Under the pieces are notes generated by a model that worked only from the letters and a program-made list of their open reading frames with translations, was not told the DNA's origin and did no database searches. The translations under genes and the position numbers were made by a program. Source: Polyangiales bacterium (GTDB lineage Bacteria > Myxococcota_A > Polyangia > Polyangiales > Ga0077539). Taken from it: 64,000 nucleotides of DNA. Positions within the stretch are counted from its first letter, which is position 1. Each line of letters begins with the position of its first letter. Shown in pieces: positions 18,480 through 28,191 of the stretch. The DNA is taken from positions 512,001 to 576,000 of the forward strand of contig JBGARZ010000003.1 in NCBI GenBank assembly GCA_044229975.1, written 5' to 3'.

Positions 18480-19007
18480 TCAGGGCTGCGGGGAGGTGCT
18501 CTGGGTGTGGAAGCCGCGCGCGAAGGCGTCAAACGCCGCGCGGCCCGCCTCGAAGCGGTCGGGCGGCGCGACGAAGCCCAGGTCGTAGACGCAGCCGTCC
18601 TTCTTCATGACCCAGAGTTCGAGCGAGCGGGGCACGCCGTCGAGGCGCGCGTTGACCACCACGTGGCGGGCCTCGCGACGGTCGAAGGGGACGGTCTCCT
18701 CCAACACCGTCTCACGCTGCGTAAACCCGATGAGCAGGTGCTGCACGAGGGCGGGCAGCGGCGTGTCCATCGAGCGATCGCAGGTGTGGTCGACGTGGAT
18801 GATGCCGTTGGTCGACGGGTCGAACCACGCGGCGTCGTTGCTCTCCACCTCGACCGCTCGCCACGACGGCGAGACGGGCCCGAAGGTGTAGCGGAGCGCA
18901 CCTGCACTCACCTCGTTGCCCTGCACCCGAACGCCCGAACCGGCACATCCGACGCCCAGCGCCGCAGCGACAACCATCCAACACTGCCTCGACACGCGGC
19001 GGACCAT
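18480..19007 (-). CDS. Hypothetical lipoprotein
   Basis: LGVGC lipobox; KKDGCVYD; 12-bp gap to mlaE; start uncertain (18977 alternative). Confidence 0.65.
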   Translation of the reverse strand: MVRRVSRQCWMVVAAALGVGCAGSGVRVQGNEVSAGALRYTFGPVSPSWRAVEVESNDAAWFDPSTNGIIHVDHTCDRSMDTPLPALVQHLLIGFTQRETVLEETVPFDRREARHVVVNARLDGVPRSLELWVMKKDGCVYDLGFVAPPDRFEAGRAAFDAFARGFHTQSTSPQP

Positions 19008-19095
19008 ACGCGCCTTCCCCGGGGGAATGCCACCGCCGAGGACATGCGATTCGTTGACGCGAGAGAATGCCGCTCGCTACGATGAGGCGCGGCTC

Positions 19096-21039
19096 ATGTC
19101 GATTCCCCCACAGGGGCACCTCCCCGAGCAACTGCTCTCGGAGAACCTCATCACCCCGGACCAGTTGGAAGCGGTGCTGCACCGCGTCCGCGCCGACGGC
19201 AGTCGGATCGAGGACGTGCTCATCGAGAGCGGGGTGGTGTCCGAAGCCGACCTGCTGAAGTTCCTCGCGAAGCTCTATCGGACGCGCTTCGTGGCGACCA
19301 ACAAGCTCGCCCGCGCCGAGGTCGACCGCGGCCTGCTGGAGGTGATCCCGCGACGCCTCGCCGAGCAGATGCAGGTGTTTCCGGTGCTCTTCGACCCGGC
19401 GAGCAGCACCCTCTCGGTGGTCTCGCCCGACGCCGGCGACCCGGCCATCGTGCAGGCGGTGCAGCAGGCGTCGAGCGCCCGCGACGTGCGCGTCTACGTC
19501 GCCCGACCCGCGGCGGTGCGCGCCGCGATCCTCAAGCACTACGCCGGAGAGCTCTACGCCTTCGCCCAGGTCGATACGACCGGGCGCGAGCAGTACCTCT
19601 CCATGATCGACCTCTACGCCCAGCACTCGGTGCAGGGCCCGTCGCCCGTGACGCCCACCCCGGCGTCGCCCGCGAGCGAGCGCCGCGAGCGGGTCATCAC
19701 CGACCACGACGTCGCCCGAGCCACCGCCCCTCGCGTCCCCTCGCCCGCCGCGTCGAAGGCGTCGTTTCTGGAGCTGGCGACCGTCCTCGTGTCACTGCTG
19801 GAGAACAACCGCGGCGAGCTGCGCGGTCACTCCCCGCTCGTGTCGCGCTGGATGCGCAAGCTGGCCGAGCGCATCCGCCTCGCCCCCGAGGAGGTGCACG
19901 CCCTCGCGCTCGCCGCGCTCCTCCACGACGTCGGCAAGGCGGCGACGTATCACCTCACGGCGCTCAACGTCGCGATGTTCGACAACCACCGGGCCGCCGC
20001 GCAGAAGACCTTCCAGACGGCCATCAAGCTCTTCGAAGCCGTTCCGTTGGAGCCGACCACGGTGACGACGCTCCAGACCATGTACGAGCGCTTCGATGGG
20101 CAGGGCTTCCCCGATGGGCTCGCGGGCAAGGAGATTCCGCTCGGGGCGCGCATCCTCGCCGTGGTCGACACCTACGCCGACCTCACGCAAAACCCCAACA
20201 ACCCCTACCGCCGCCAGCTCTCGGCGCCGGAGGCGTGCGACGTCCTCGACCGCCACAAGGGATCGGTCTTCGACCGCAACCTCGTCGACCTGCTGCGCCA
20301 GGTGGTCACGGGCGACGACCTGCGCGCCAAGCTCCTGTCCGAGCGGACGGTGGTGCTCCTCGTCGACCCCGACCCCGAGGAGAGCACCGTGCTCGAGCTC
20401 CGCATGGTCGAGGAGGGCTTCGAGGTGCACCTGGCCCGCAACGTCGACGAGGCGCTGAGCGTGCTCGGGCGCGGCACCGTCGAGGCCGTCATCGCCGAGA
20501 CCGACCTCGAATCCACGTCGGGTCTCGACCTGCTCGCGAGCATGCGCGCGACGCCGACGACGTCCGGGGTTCCGTGGGTGTTTCTCACGCGCGACCAGCG
20601 GCGCGAGGCCATCGCGCGGGCCTTCGAGCTCGGCGCCAACGACTACGTGCTGAAGCCCGCTTCCCCCGAAGTGCTCATCGCGAAGGTGAAGCAGCTCCTC
20701 GCGCAGCGGCAGGCGCGCTCGCCCCGCGGCGTGTCGGGCTCGCTCGCCGAGCTAGCGCTCACCGACGTGGTGCAGGTGCTCTCGCAGGGCCGCAAGACGG
20801 GTCAGCTTCGCATCCGCAACGGCGCCGACGCGGGCGAGGTGCACTTCCTCGACGGGGCGATCGTCAACGCGCTGTGGATGGGGCTGCGCGGCGAGGATGC
20901 GTTCTACGGGATGCTGGGGCTGTCGGCGGGGGAGTTCTCGCTCGACCCGACCTTCCGCCCGCCCGCCAAGGCCATCAACAGCCCCGTCGAGGCGCTCATG
21001 CTCGAAGGCATGCGCCGCCTCGACGAAGCGCGCTCGTAG
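19096..21039 (+). CDS. MshEN/T2SSE_N + HD-GYP-like + receiver + DUF4388 multidomain protein
   Basis: LITPDQLEAVL..IEDVLIESGVV; LHDVGK, ERFDGQGFPDGL..EIPLGARILAVVD; GANDYVLKP; GSLAELALTDVVQVLSQGRKTG (DUF4388). Confidence 0.85.
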   Translation: MSIPPQGHLPEQLLSENLITPDQLEAVLHRVRADGSRIEDVLIESGVVSEADLLKFLAKLYRTRFVATNKLARAEVDRGLLEVIPRRLAEQMQVFPVLFDPASSTLSVVSPDAGDPAIVQAVQQASSARDVRVYVARPAAVRAAILKHYAGELYAFAQVDTTGREQYLSMIDLYAQHSVQGPSPVTPTPASPASERRERVITDHDVARATAPRVPSPAASKASFLELATVLVSLLENNRGELRGHSPLVSRWMRKLAERIRLAPEEVHALALAALLHDVGKAATYHLTALNVAMFDNHRAAAQKTFQTAIKLFEAVPLEPTTVTTLQTMYERFDGQGFPDGLAGKEIPLGARILAVVDTYADLTQNPNNPYRRQLSAPEACDVLDRHKGSVFDRNLVDLLRQVVTGDDLRAKLLSERTVVLLVDPDPEESTVLELRMVEEGFEVHLARNVDEALSVLGRGTVEAVIAETDLESTSGLDLLASMRATPTTSGVPWVFLTRDQRREAIARAFELGANDYVLKPASPEVLIAKVKQLLAQRQARSPRGVSGSLAELALTDVVQVLSQGRKTGQLRIRNGADAGEVHFLDGAIVNALWMGLRGEDAFYGMLGLSAGEFSLDPTFRPPAKAINSPVEALMLEGMRRLDEARS

Positions 21040-21043
21040 CCCG

Positions 21044-21934
21044 TCAGCGGATCTCCACCACGGACAGATGCAGCCAGGTCTCGCCGCGCGCCCGCAGGCG
21101 TAGCGCGCGTAGCGGCTGCCGCGGAAACGACGCCGACCACCGATAGAACGTCGTCGTGCGGCGCGCGAGCTCGCGCCATCGCCCGTCGCCCGAGTCGCCC
21201 TCGACCAGCAACGGAACGGCGCGTTCGAGGCAGCAGTCGCCGCGGTTGGTGATCTCGACGTAGCCCACCGTCGCCCCCGGCCGCAGGTCGAAGCGTACCC
21301 ACGGGTCGGTCTGCTTGTCCGTGTGGAAGAACGCCGGCTGCGACGTCCCCACGCTCGTCGCCCCGACCCCGCTGGTCTGGTAGCCCGTCTCGGCGCCGCT
21401 CGCATGCCACACCGCGGTCGTCGCGAGGTCGGGGCGCAGCCGCGGCGCCACGCGCCACACCCCGACCGGCAGCGCCACCGCCAGCACCGCCGCCACCGCG
21501 AGGGCCATCACCCGGCGACGACGAGGGCGCGTCACGTCGACCTGCGCGTCGAGCGCGTCGAAGCCGCGCAGCGCCAGCGAGTGCACCCGCGCGGCCTCCT
21601 CCACGAGCTGCTCCGGGGCGAGCGCCTCGCGCGCGGCGGGGCTGCGTCGGAGTGCCTCCAGCGTCGCGTCGACGTCCGCGTCCGGGACCCCGAGCGCCAG
21701 GAGGGCGTCGCGGTGAAGCGCGAGGTCGGGCGGGAGCGTCGCGCGCAGGGCCTCGGCGTCGAGCAGCAGGGCGAGCCGCGCCGACACCCACGGGGCGTCA
21801 CCGCTCGCGTCGCCATGGAGCACGCGCTGCGACAGATGGACGGCCGCGCGAGCAGCGGCGAGGCGCGCACGGTCGGCCGAGGCGGGTCGAGGCGCGGGCG
21901 CAGGGCCGAGGAGGCGAGCGATGAACGGGAACAT
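21044..21934 (-). CDS. Membrane protein with C-terminal discoidin/F-type lectin-like domain
   Basis: One TM segment; FFHT...PWVRFDL, ITNRGDCCLERA pattern of F5/8-type C / FTP domains; start overlaps upstream stop. Confidence 0.75.
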   Translation of the reverse strand: MFPFIARLLGPAPAPRPASADRARLAAARAAVHLSQRVLHGDASGDAPWVSARLALLLDAEALRATLPPDLALHRDALLALGVPDADVDATLEALRRSPAAREALAPEQLVEEAARVHSLALRGFDALDAQVDVTRPRRRRVMALAVAAVLAVALPVGVWRVAPRLRPDLATTAVWHASGAETGYQTSGVGATSVGTSQPAFFHTDKQTDPWVRFDLRPGATVGYVEITNRGDCCLERAVPLLVEGDSGDGRWRELARRTTTFYRWSASFPRQPLRALRLRARGETWLHLSVVEIR

Positions 21935-23364
21935 CAGTGACCCCAGCGCGCCCAGGTGACGAGCGACGCGACGCAGAGGGTGGCGAGCGCCAGCGCGCGG
22001 TGAGCGGCGAGGCGCGGGTGCGGAAGGGACTCCAGGCGGGCGAGCGCGGAGGCGAGGCAGACGAGCAGCGGGAGCGCGACCGCGAGCAGGTAGCTGGCCT
22101 TCACGACGGCCATCCGGTCGATGGACCAGGTCCATGCGAAGGCCATGGCGAAGAGCACCGGGAGGGCGCTCGCGGTGAGGGCCGTGACGCTGCCGTCGAG
22201 GCCGCGGCTGCGCGCCGTGCGGCGGAGGAGCCAGGCCCACGACGCCGCGATGGCGACGGTGAAGCCGACCCCGAAGCGCACCAGCGCGAGGTCGATGCGA
22301 ACGCAGCGCATCGGCATCGCCCACACCGCGGGTCCCCACACGGTCACGAGCGTCGGCCCTCCCGTGAGGCGACAGAAGCCGCGGTTGTACCAGTCGGACC
22401 AGGTTCCGCCGATGGTGGACGACCAGAAGTTGGGGCGCGGGACGTCCACGCTCGCGGCGTGCGGCGCAGCGAGCCAGTCGGTCTCCAGGGGGAGCAACCA
22501 ACCCAGCGTGCGTCGATGCGCGAGCGGCTCGCGCAGCACCGGGTGGTTCATCGTGAACTCCAGCTCCTTCACCCCGTACTGGTGCGGCAGCGGGCTCCCG
22601 AAGCGCAGCGCGTTGTCGAGGCACCACCAGCCCGCGACACCAGACCAGCCGAGCGCAAAGGCCGTCCCCGCGATGGCCACCGTCCGCAGCCCGCGTGTGT
22701 CCCTGCGCTCCAACGCGCGCCACGCCGCGAGCGCCAGCACCGCGCCCGCGACCATCACCAGCACGGCGCTCGTCGCCTTGGTGAGCACCGCGAAGCCCGC
22801 CAGGACGCCCGCGAGCAGCGACACCCACTCGACGCCCGGCGTGCGCTCGCGCAGCCGGCGCTCCATCGCGGCGATACCGAAGGCCCCGAGCGCGAAGAGC
22901 GTCGCGTGCGGCCCCTCCGGGTTGACCTTGCCGTCCATCAGCACGCTCATCGGAATGACCGCGTGGAGCCCGAGCACCACCGCCGTCGAGCGGGGCGAGC
23001 GCGGCAGGTCGCGCGCGCACCAACGCCACAGGATGATCTGCCGGATGACCCACCCGGCGACCGAGAGGCCCGCGATGGTGCGCTCGGCGGGCCAGTGCGA
23101 CAGCACCGCGGCGCTCATCACGTACCAGAGCGGGGGATAGAACCCGACCTGGATCTCGAGCGAAGCGTCGAAGGTGCGGCGGTGTTGGAGCACCCAGCGC
23201 ACGCCGCGCACGTAGGCGTCGTAGTCGCTCCCGCGCACCGGGCCGTCGAAGGTGCGCGCGAGGTGGAAGCGCAGCGCGAAGCCCAGCACCGTGAGCACGA
23301 ACGCGAGCAGCCACCAGACGGTGACGCGCGAGCGCAGAGCGGCGAAGACCCCCGGGAGATTCAT
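21934..23364 (-). CDS. Polytopic membrane glycosyltransferase (GT-C, ArnT/PMT-like)
   Basis: Many TM helices; GSDYDAY loop, FYPPLWY, VNPE, LAGFAVLTKAT typical of PMT_2/ArnT-like proteins. Confidence 0.7.
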   Translation of the reverse strand: MNLPGVFAALRSRVTVWWLLAFVLTVLGFALRFHLARTFDGPVRGSDYDAYVRGVRWVLQHRRTFDASLEIQVGFYPPLWYVMSAAVLSHWPAERTIAGLSVAGWVIRQIILWRWCARDLPRSPRSTAVVLGLHAVIPMSVLMDGKVNPEGPHATLFALGAFGIAAMERRLRERTPGVEWVSLLAGVLAGFAVLTKATSAVLVMVAGAVLALAAWRALERRDTRGLRTVAIAGTAFALGWSGVAGWWCLDNALRFGSPLPHQYGVKELEFTMNHPVLREPLAHRRTLGWLLPLETDWLAAPHAASVDVPRPNFWSSTIGGTWSDWYNRGFCRLTGGPTLVTVWGPAVWAMPMRCVRIDLALVRFGVGFTVAIAASWAWLLRRTARSRGLDGSVTALTASALPVLFAMAFAWTWSIDRMAVVKASYLLAVALPLLVCLASALARLESLPHPRLAAHRALALATLCVASLVTWARWGH

Positions 23365-23511
23365 GCGACGACTGCCATGGCCTCAGGCGACGAGAAGGAA
23401 GCCGGGACCATACCGCCACCCGCGCGCCCGTGACCACCATTGCAAGAGCGCTGGTAGGCGGCGCGAGGGTGCGGTAGCAGGACGGCGCCCTTTCTGGAGG
23501 AGACCTACGCC

Positions 23512-25524
23512 GTGACCACACCCATCGCCCCCGCCGCCGCCGAAGACGTCACCGCCCTCGCGGTGAACACGATGAAGTTCCTGGCCATCGACGCCATCGA
23601 GGCGGCCAGGAGCGGCCACCCGGGGCTCCCGATGGGCGCCGCCGACGTCACCTATGTGCTTTGGTCGCGCTACCTCCGTCACGACCCGACGGACCCGCAC
23701 TGGCGCGACCGCGACCGCTTCATCCTGTCGCCCGGCCACGGCTCGATGCTGCTCTACGGGCTGCTCCACCTCTCCGGCTACGACCTGCCCCTCGCCGAGC
23801 TCAAGAACTTCCGCCAGTGGGACTCCAAGACCCCCGGCCACCCCGAAGTTCACCTCACGCCGGGCGTCGAGGTCACCACCGGCCCGCTCGGTCAGGGCTT
23901 CGCCAACGGCATCGGCATGGCCATGGCCGCGAAGATGGCCCAGGCCCGCCTGCCCGGCCTCTTCAACCACCACATCTGGGCGCTCGTCTCCGACGGCGAC
24001 GTGATGGAAGGCGTCGCCTACGAGGCCGCCTCCATCGCGGGCCACCTCAAGCTGGGCAACCTCACGTACATCTACGACGCCAACAACATCACGCTCGACG
24101 GCAAGCTCGACGAGGCCTTCGACGAGGACGTCGCGAAGCGCTTCGAGGCCATCGGCTGGCGCACCGAGACCATCGACGGCCACGACCACGCGCAGATCGC
24201 CGCGGCCTACGACCGCGCCCTCGCGCAAGGCGAGAAGCCCACGCTCATCATCGCGCGCACGCACATCGGGCACGGGGCGCCCAACAAGCACGACACCCAC
24301 AAGGTTCATGGCGAGCCGCTGGGCAAGGACGAGGCGCTCGCCACCCGCAAGGCCCTCGGCTGGCCCGAGGAGACCTTCGTGGTGCCCGCGGCCGTGCGCG
24401 CCCACTTCGCCGAGCGCGCGAAGGTGATGGCGGGCGTTCATGCCGACTGGAAGAAGCACGAGGCGAAGTGGCTCGCGGACAACGCCGACCGCGCCGACCT
24501 CTACCGCTCGCTCGCCGACCTCGCGGCGCCGGCCGACCTGCTGGAGACGCTGCTCGCGAAGATGCCGCCGACCAACGACGCCACGCGCGCCATCGCGGGC
24601 GCCATCGAACAGACGGTCGCGTCGCTGATGCCCTCGCTGGTGGGCGGTGACGCCGACCTCGGCGGGTCGACCAAGACCCCCATCAAGGACTCGCCCAAGG
24701 TCGAGGCCGGGAAGTTCGAGGGGCGCAACCTCCGCTTCGGCATCCGCGAGCACGCGATGGGATCCATCGCCAACGGCATCGCGCTCTACGGGATGTTCGT
24801 TCCGTTCACGGCGACCTTCCTCACCTTCTCGGACTACATGCGGCCGCCCATCCGCCTCGCGGGGCTCAGCCACATCCCGGCGGTGCACGTGTTCACGCAC
24901 GACTCGGTCTTCCTCGGCGAGGACGGCCCGACGCACCAGTCGGTCGAGCACGTGAGCGCGCTGCGGCTCATCCCCAACGTCGACGTGTGGCGCCCGGCCG
25001 ACAACGCCGAGTGCGCCGCGGCGTGGGCGGCGGCGGCGACGCGTCGCAACGGGCCGACGGAGCTCATCCTGTCGCGGCAGAAGGTCGACGTGCTGCCGGG
25101 TGACGCGGCGGCTCGCGGTCGGCTCGCGGCGCGCGGGGCCTACGTGCTCGTGCGCGAAGAGGGTGGCGACGCGCAGCTCACGATCATCTCGACGGGCAGC
25201 GAGGTGTCCGTGGCCGTCGAGGCCGCGCGACGCATCGCGAAGGAAGACGGGCTGCGCGTGCGCGTGGTGTCGGCGCCGTGTCTGGAGGTGTTCAATCGCC
25301 AGGACGCGGCGTACCGCGCGGAGGTGCTCCCGACGACGGGGCGACGCGCGAGCTTCGAGGCGGGCCGCACCGACCTCTGGTGGCGCTACGTCGGCCTCGA
25401 CGGACTCACGCTCGGCGTCGATACGTTTGGCGCGTCGGCCCCGGGGCCCGTGCTCGGCGACAAGTACGGCCTCACCGCCGACCACGTCACGGCCAACCTC
25501 CGCGCCTGGCTCAAGCAGGGCTGA
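23512..25524 (+). CDS. tkt: Transketolase
   Basis: [38 protein letters not shown] motif, [23 protein letters not shown]. Confidence 0.98.
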   Translation: MTTPIAPAAAEDVTALAVNTMKFLAIDAIEAARSGHPGLPMGAADVTYVLWSRYLRHDPTDPHWRDRDRFILSPGHGSMLLYGLLHLSGYDLPLAELKNFRQWDSKTPGHPEVHLTPGVEVTTGPLGQGFANGIGMAMAAKMAQARLPGLFNHHIWALVSDGDVMEGVAYEAASIAGHLKLGNLTYIYDANNITLDGKLDEAFDEDVAKRFEAIGWRTETIDGHDHAQIAAAYDRALAQGEKPTLIIARTHIGHGAPNKHDTHKVHGEPLGKDEALATRKALGWPEETFVVPAAVRAHFAERAKVMAGVHADWKKHEAKWLADNADRADLYRSLADLAAPADLLETLLAKMPPTNDATRAIAGAIEQTVASLMPSLVGGDADLGGSTKTPIKDSPKVEAGKFEGRNLRFGIREHAMGSIANGIALYGMFVPFTATFLTFSDYMRPPIRLAGLSHIPAVHVFTHDSVFLGEDGPTHQSVEHVSALRLIPNVDVWRPADNAECAAAWAAAATRRNGPTELILSRQKVDVLPGDAAARGRLAARGAYVLVREEGGDAQLTIISTGSEVSVAVEAARRIAKEDGLRVRVVSAPCLEVFNRQDAAYRAEVLPTTGRRASFEAGRTDLWWRYVGLDGLTLGVDTFGASAPGPVLGDKYGLTADHVTANLRAWLKQG

Positions 25525-25543
25525 CACACCTACCGGGCGCCTG

Positions 25544-26686
25544 ATGAAGTCGCCCGTCCGCCTCGCGCTCGTTCTCGCCGCGGTTCAGTGCTTCGCCGCG
25601 GTGGCGTGGACGCTCTACGCCGCCGTCCTCCCTCCCCTCCTCGCGTCGGCGGGTCTACCCCCGTCGGCGCGCCCCTGGATCCTCCTCGCGGACGTTGTCG
25701 TCTTCGGGCTCTGCGATCTGGCAGCGGGCGCGTGGCTCGACCGCGCGGACGGGACGCTGAAGCGCATCGGCGGGGCGGTGCTCGCGGCCATGTCGATCGC
25801 GACGCTGGCGTTCGTGGCGCTGCCGCACGTGGCGCGCGGTGCGTCGATGGCGCCGGTGTTGCTCGCGGCGATCGGCGTGTGGGTCGTGGCTTCGGGTGCG
25901 TTGCGGGCACCGCTGCCGCGGCTACTCGCGCGCTATGTGTCGCTGCACGAGAGGCCGTGGCTGGGGGCCTTTCTCGCGGTGGGGTCGGGCCTCGCGGGGC
26001 TGCTGCTTCCGAAGACGCTCGACGTGCTGCAACGGCTGGGTGCGATGGCGACGCTCGCGCTGTCGGGCGCGACGCTCTGGCTGCTTGTGGTGGTGCTCGT
26101 GGTGGTAGAGCGCGGCGCGGGTGCGCCCGCGGCGACGGTCCCGGCGAGCGGCGTAGAGGCGCCTGAGGACTGCGGGTGGGTCGTGGCGGCGACGGCGCTC
26201 ACGGCGCTCGGGTCACAGCTCGTCACGATGGTGGCGATGCCCACGCTGCTGCGTCGCTTCGTGACGGAGACGGAGGCGCTCGACGGGCCGGCGGTGTTCG
26301 GCGCGGGGATGGCGTTGGCGGTGGTTCCGGCGCTGGCGGTGCGGTGGGTGGGGAGCGCGTGGGTGCTGCGGGTCGCGTCGGTCGTGGGCGTGGCGGGAGC
26401 GCTGGGCGTAGGGCTCGCGGGGTCGCTGGGCGCGCTGGTGGCGGCGATCGCGGCGTCAGGGCTCGCGTGGGGACTGACGCTGACGGCTTCGCTCACCGCG
26501 CTGACCGAGCGGGCGCCGAGCGGGCGGGTGTCGCGATGGATGGGCGCGTGGTTCGCGGCGCAGGCGGCGGCGGGGGTCGCGCGGATGGTGGTGGGGGACG
26601 TCGCGCCGAAGGTGGCGTGCCTTGCGGCGCTGGGGCTCTGGTCGGCAGCGGTGGTGTTGTGGCCGCCCACGCGGCGAGCGTCGTAG
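25544..26686 (+). CDS. MFS-like membrane transporter
   Basis: About 11-12 hydrophobic segments; AGAWLDR motif-A-like loop. Confidence 0.65.
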   Translation: MKSPVRLALVLAAVQCFAAVAWTLYAAVLPPLLASAGLPPSARPWILLADVVVFGLCDLAAGAWLDRADGTLKRIGGAVLAAMSIATLAFVALPHVARGASMAPVLLAAIGVWVVASGALRAPLPRLLARYVSLHERPWLGAFLAVGSGLAGLLLPKTLDVLQRLGAMATLALSGATLWLLVVVLVVVERGAGAPAATVPASGVEAPEDCGWVVAATALTALGSQLVTMVAMPTLLRRFVTETEALDGPAVFGAGMALAVVPALAVRWVGSAWVLRVASVVGVAGALGVGLAGSLGALVAAIAASGLAWGLTLTASLTALTERAPSGRVSRWMGAWFAAQAAAGVARMVVGDVAPKVACLAALGLWSAAVVLWPPTRRAS

Positions 26687-26695
26687 GACGGAAGG

Positions 26696-26849
26696 CCGCA
26701 AGGGCGCAGGGATCGCAAGGAGGATGAGAGCTACGCCGAAGAGATGTCTGGGTGTCGGAGACGGTGCGGCAGACGCCATGGCCCGACGCAGCGGACGCCT
26801 CTCCGAGACATCCATCGCTCTGTTCCTTGCGACCCCTGCGCCCTTGCGG
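26696..26849. repeat. REP/MITE-like palindromic element between convergent genes
   Basis: 26-bp inverted arms 26696..26721 and 26824..26849 (1 mismatch); inner pairings gatgtct/agacatc and tcggaga/tctccga. Confidence 0.8.
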
Positions 26850-26872
26850 TCGGTCTCTCGAAGCCCGCGAGG

Positions 26873-27739
26873 TCAAAGCCCGCGCGAGCGCTCCGACCGC
26901 AGCGGGATGCGCCCGTCGATGGCGGCGTCGATGAGCGCCACGATGCGCTCACGGTCGCGCGGAAGTCGCCCGCCGAGCGGCAGGTAGTTGGACGCGTGGT
27001 TGGTGCGGAAGAGCGCGTCCGTCGGGCGCGCGAGATCCACCATCGTCCGCAGCTCGCGCAGCAGATCGGGCGTCGGGGGGACGGCGAAACGCCCGCGCCC
27101 CGCGAGCGTCGCCAACGGCGTGCCCGGGACGACCGTCACCGTGAGCGCGGAGAAGTACGCCGGGTTCATGTCCGTCACGAGCTGCGCGGTCGCGCGGGCG
27201 TGCTCTTCGCCGCGCTCCATGCCGATGCCCAGCAGGGCGATCACGCTGAGCTCCATGCCCGCGGCGTGCGCTCGCTGCGCGGCCTCGACGTGCGCCGCGG
27301 CGTCGTCGCCCTTCGCGATGCGCTTGAGCGTGACGTCGTCGCCAGACTCCGGGCCCACGTAGAGCAGCGAGAGCCCGCGTTCTCGCAGTGTGCGTAGCTC
27401 CTCGTCGGTCTTGCCGAGGACGTTGCGGGCCATGGCGTAGGCGGACACCCGCCGCAGCCGCGGGAAGAGCGCCGCCGCGCGGTCGAGGATGGGCAGCCAG
27501 TGGTCCATCGGCAGCACCAGCGCGTCGCCGTCGGCGACGAAGAGCTTCTCCACGGCGTCGGCGTGGCGGGCGGCGGAGTCGAGGTCGGCGAGCACCTCGT
27601 CGAGCGCGCGAACCCGGAAGGTCTTCGCGCGGTACATGTCGCAGTAGGTGCAGTGGTTCCACGAGCAGCCGATGGTGGCCTGGACGATGAGGGCGTCGGC
27701 CTCCGAGGGCGGGCGGTAGAGGGTGCCTTCGTAGCGCAT
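26873..27739 (-). CDS. Radical SAM protein
   Basis: YRPPSEA, GCSWNHCTYC (CX3CX2C), FVADGDAL, YVGPESG, FRTNHASNYLPL. Confidence 0.92.
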   Translation of the reverse strand: MRYEGTLYRPPSEADALIVQATIGCSWNHCTYCDMYRAKTFRVRALDEVLADLDSAARHADAVEKLFVADGDALVLPMDHWLPILDRAAALFPRLRRVSAYAMARNVLGKTDEELRTLRERGLSLLYVGPESGDDVTLKRIAKGDDAAAHVEAAQRAHAAGMELSVIALLGIGMERGEEHARATAQLVTDMNPAYFSALTVTVVPGTPLATLAGRGRFAVPPTPDLLRELRTMVDLARPTDALFRTNHASNYLPLGGRLPRDRERIVALIDAAIDGRIPLRSERSRGL

Positions 27740-27758
27740 CAGGGGTGCGGTCGTGACG

Positions 27759-28145
27759 TCAGCCCGCGCCGTCGTCGACGTCCACCACATCGACGGTGAC
27801 CCCGCTGTCGACCACCGGCGGGACGTCGATCACGGGCGCAATGTCCACCGGCGGAGGCTGCACATCCACCGCAGGCGAGACGTCGGGCGCCGCAGGCATG
27901 TCCACCGGGGGCGTACCAGCGTCGGCGGCGACCGCCCCCACATCGACCGGCGGCCCCGCGTCGAGGCGCGTCGGCGTCACGCAACGCGACGTGCCGTTGG
28001 TGGTCACCTCGCACCGCAGCGGCGCAACACACTCGCGGTCTTGCAGGCACTCGTCGCCGCGCTGCCGCGTACCCTCGATGGAGCACCCGCTCACGAGCAG
28101 GCACAACGCCGCCCATCCCAGCACCTTCGCCGATGTGTTGTGCAT
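27759..28145 (-). CDS. Small lipoprotein with Asp/Val/Pro-rich tail
   Basis: LVSGC lipobox; GDECLQDRECVAPLRC; repeated VDV/PPVD tail. Confidence 0.7.
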   Translation of the reverse strand: MHNTSAKVLGWAALCLLVSGCSIEGTRQRGDECLQDRECVAPLRCEVTTNGTSRCVTPTRLDAGPPVDVGAVAADAGTPPVDMPAAPDVSPAVDVQPPPVDIAPVIDVPPVVDSGVTVDVVDVDDGAG

Positions 28146-28191
28146 TGCTTCGCCCTGACCTGCGCCCGCCGCCGACCCTATCACGCGCCTG

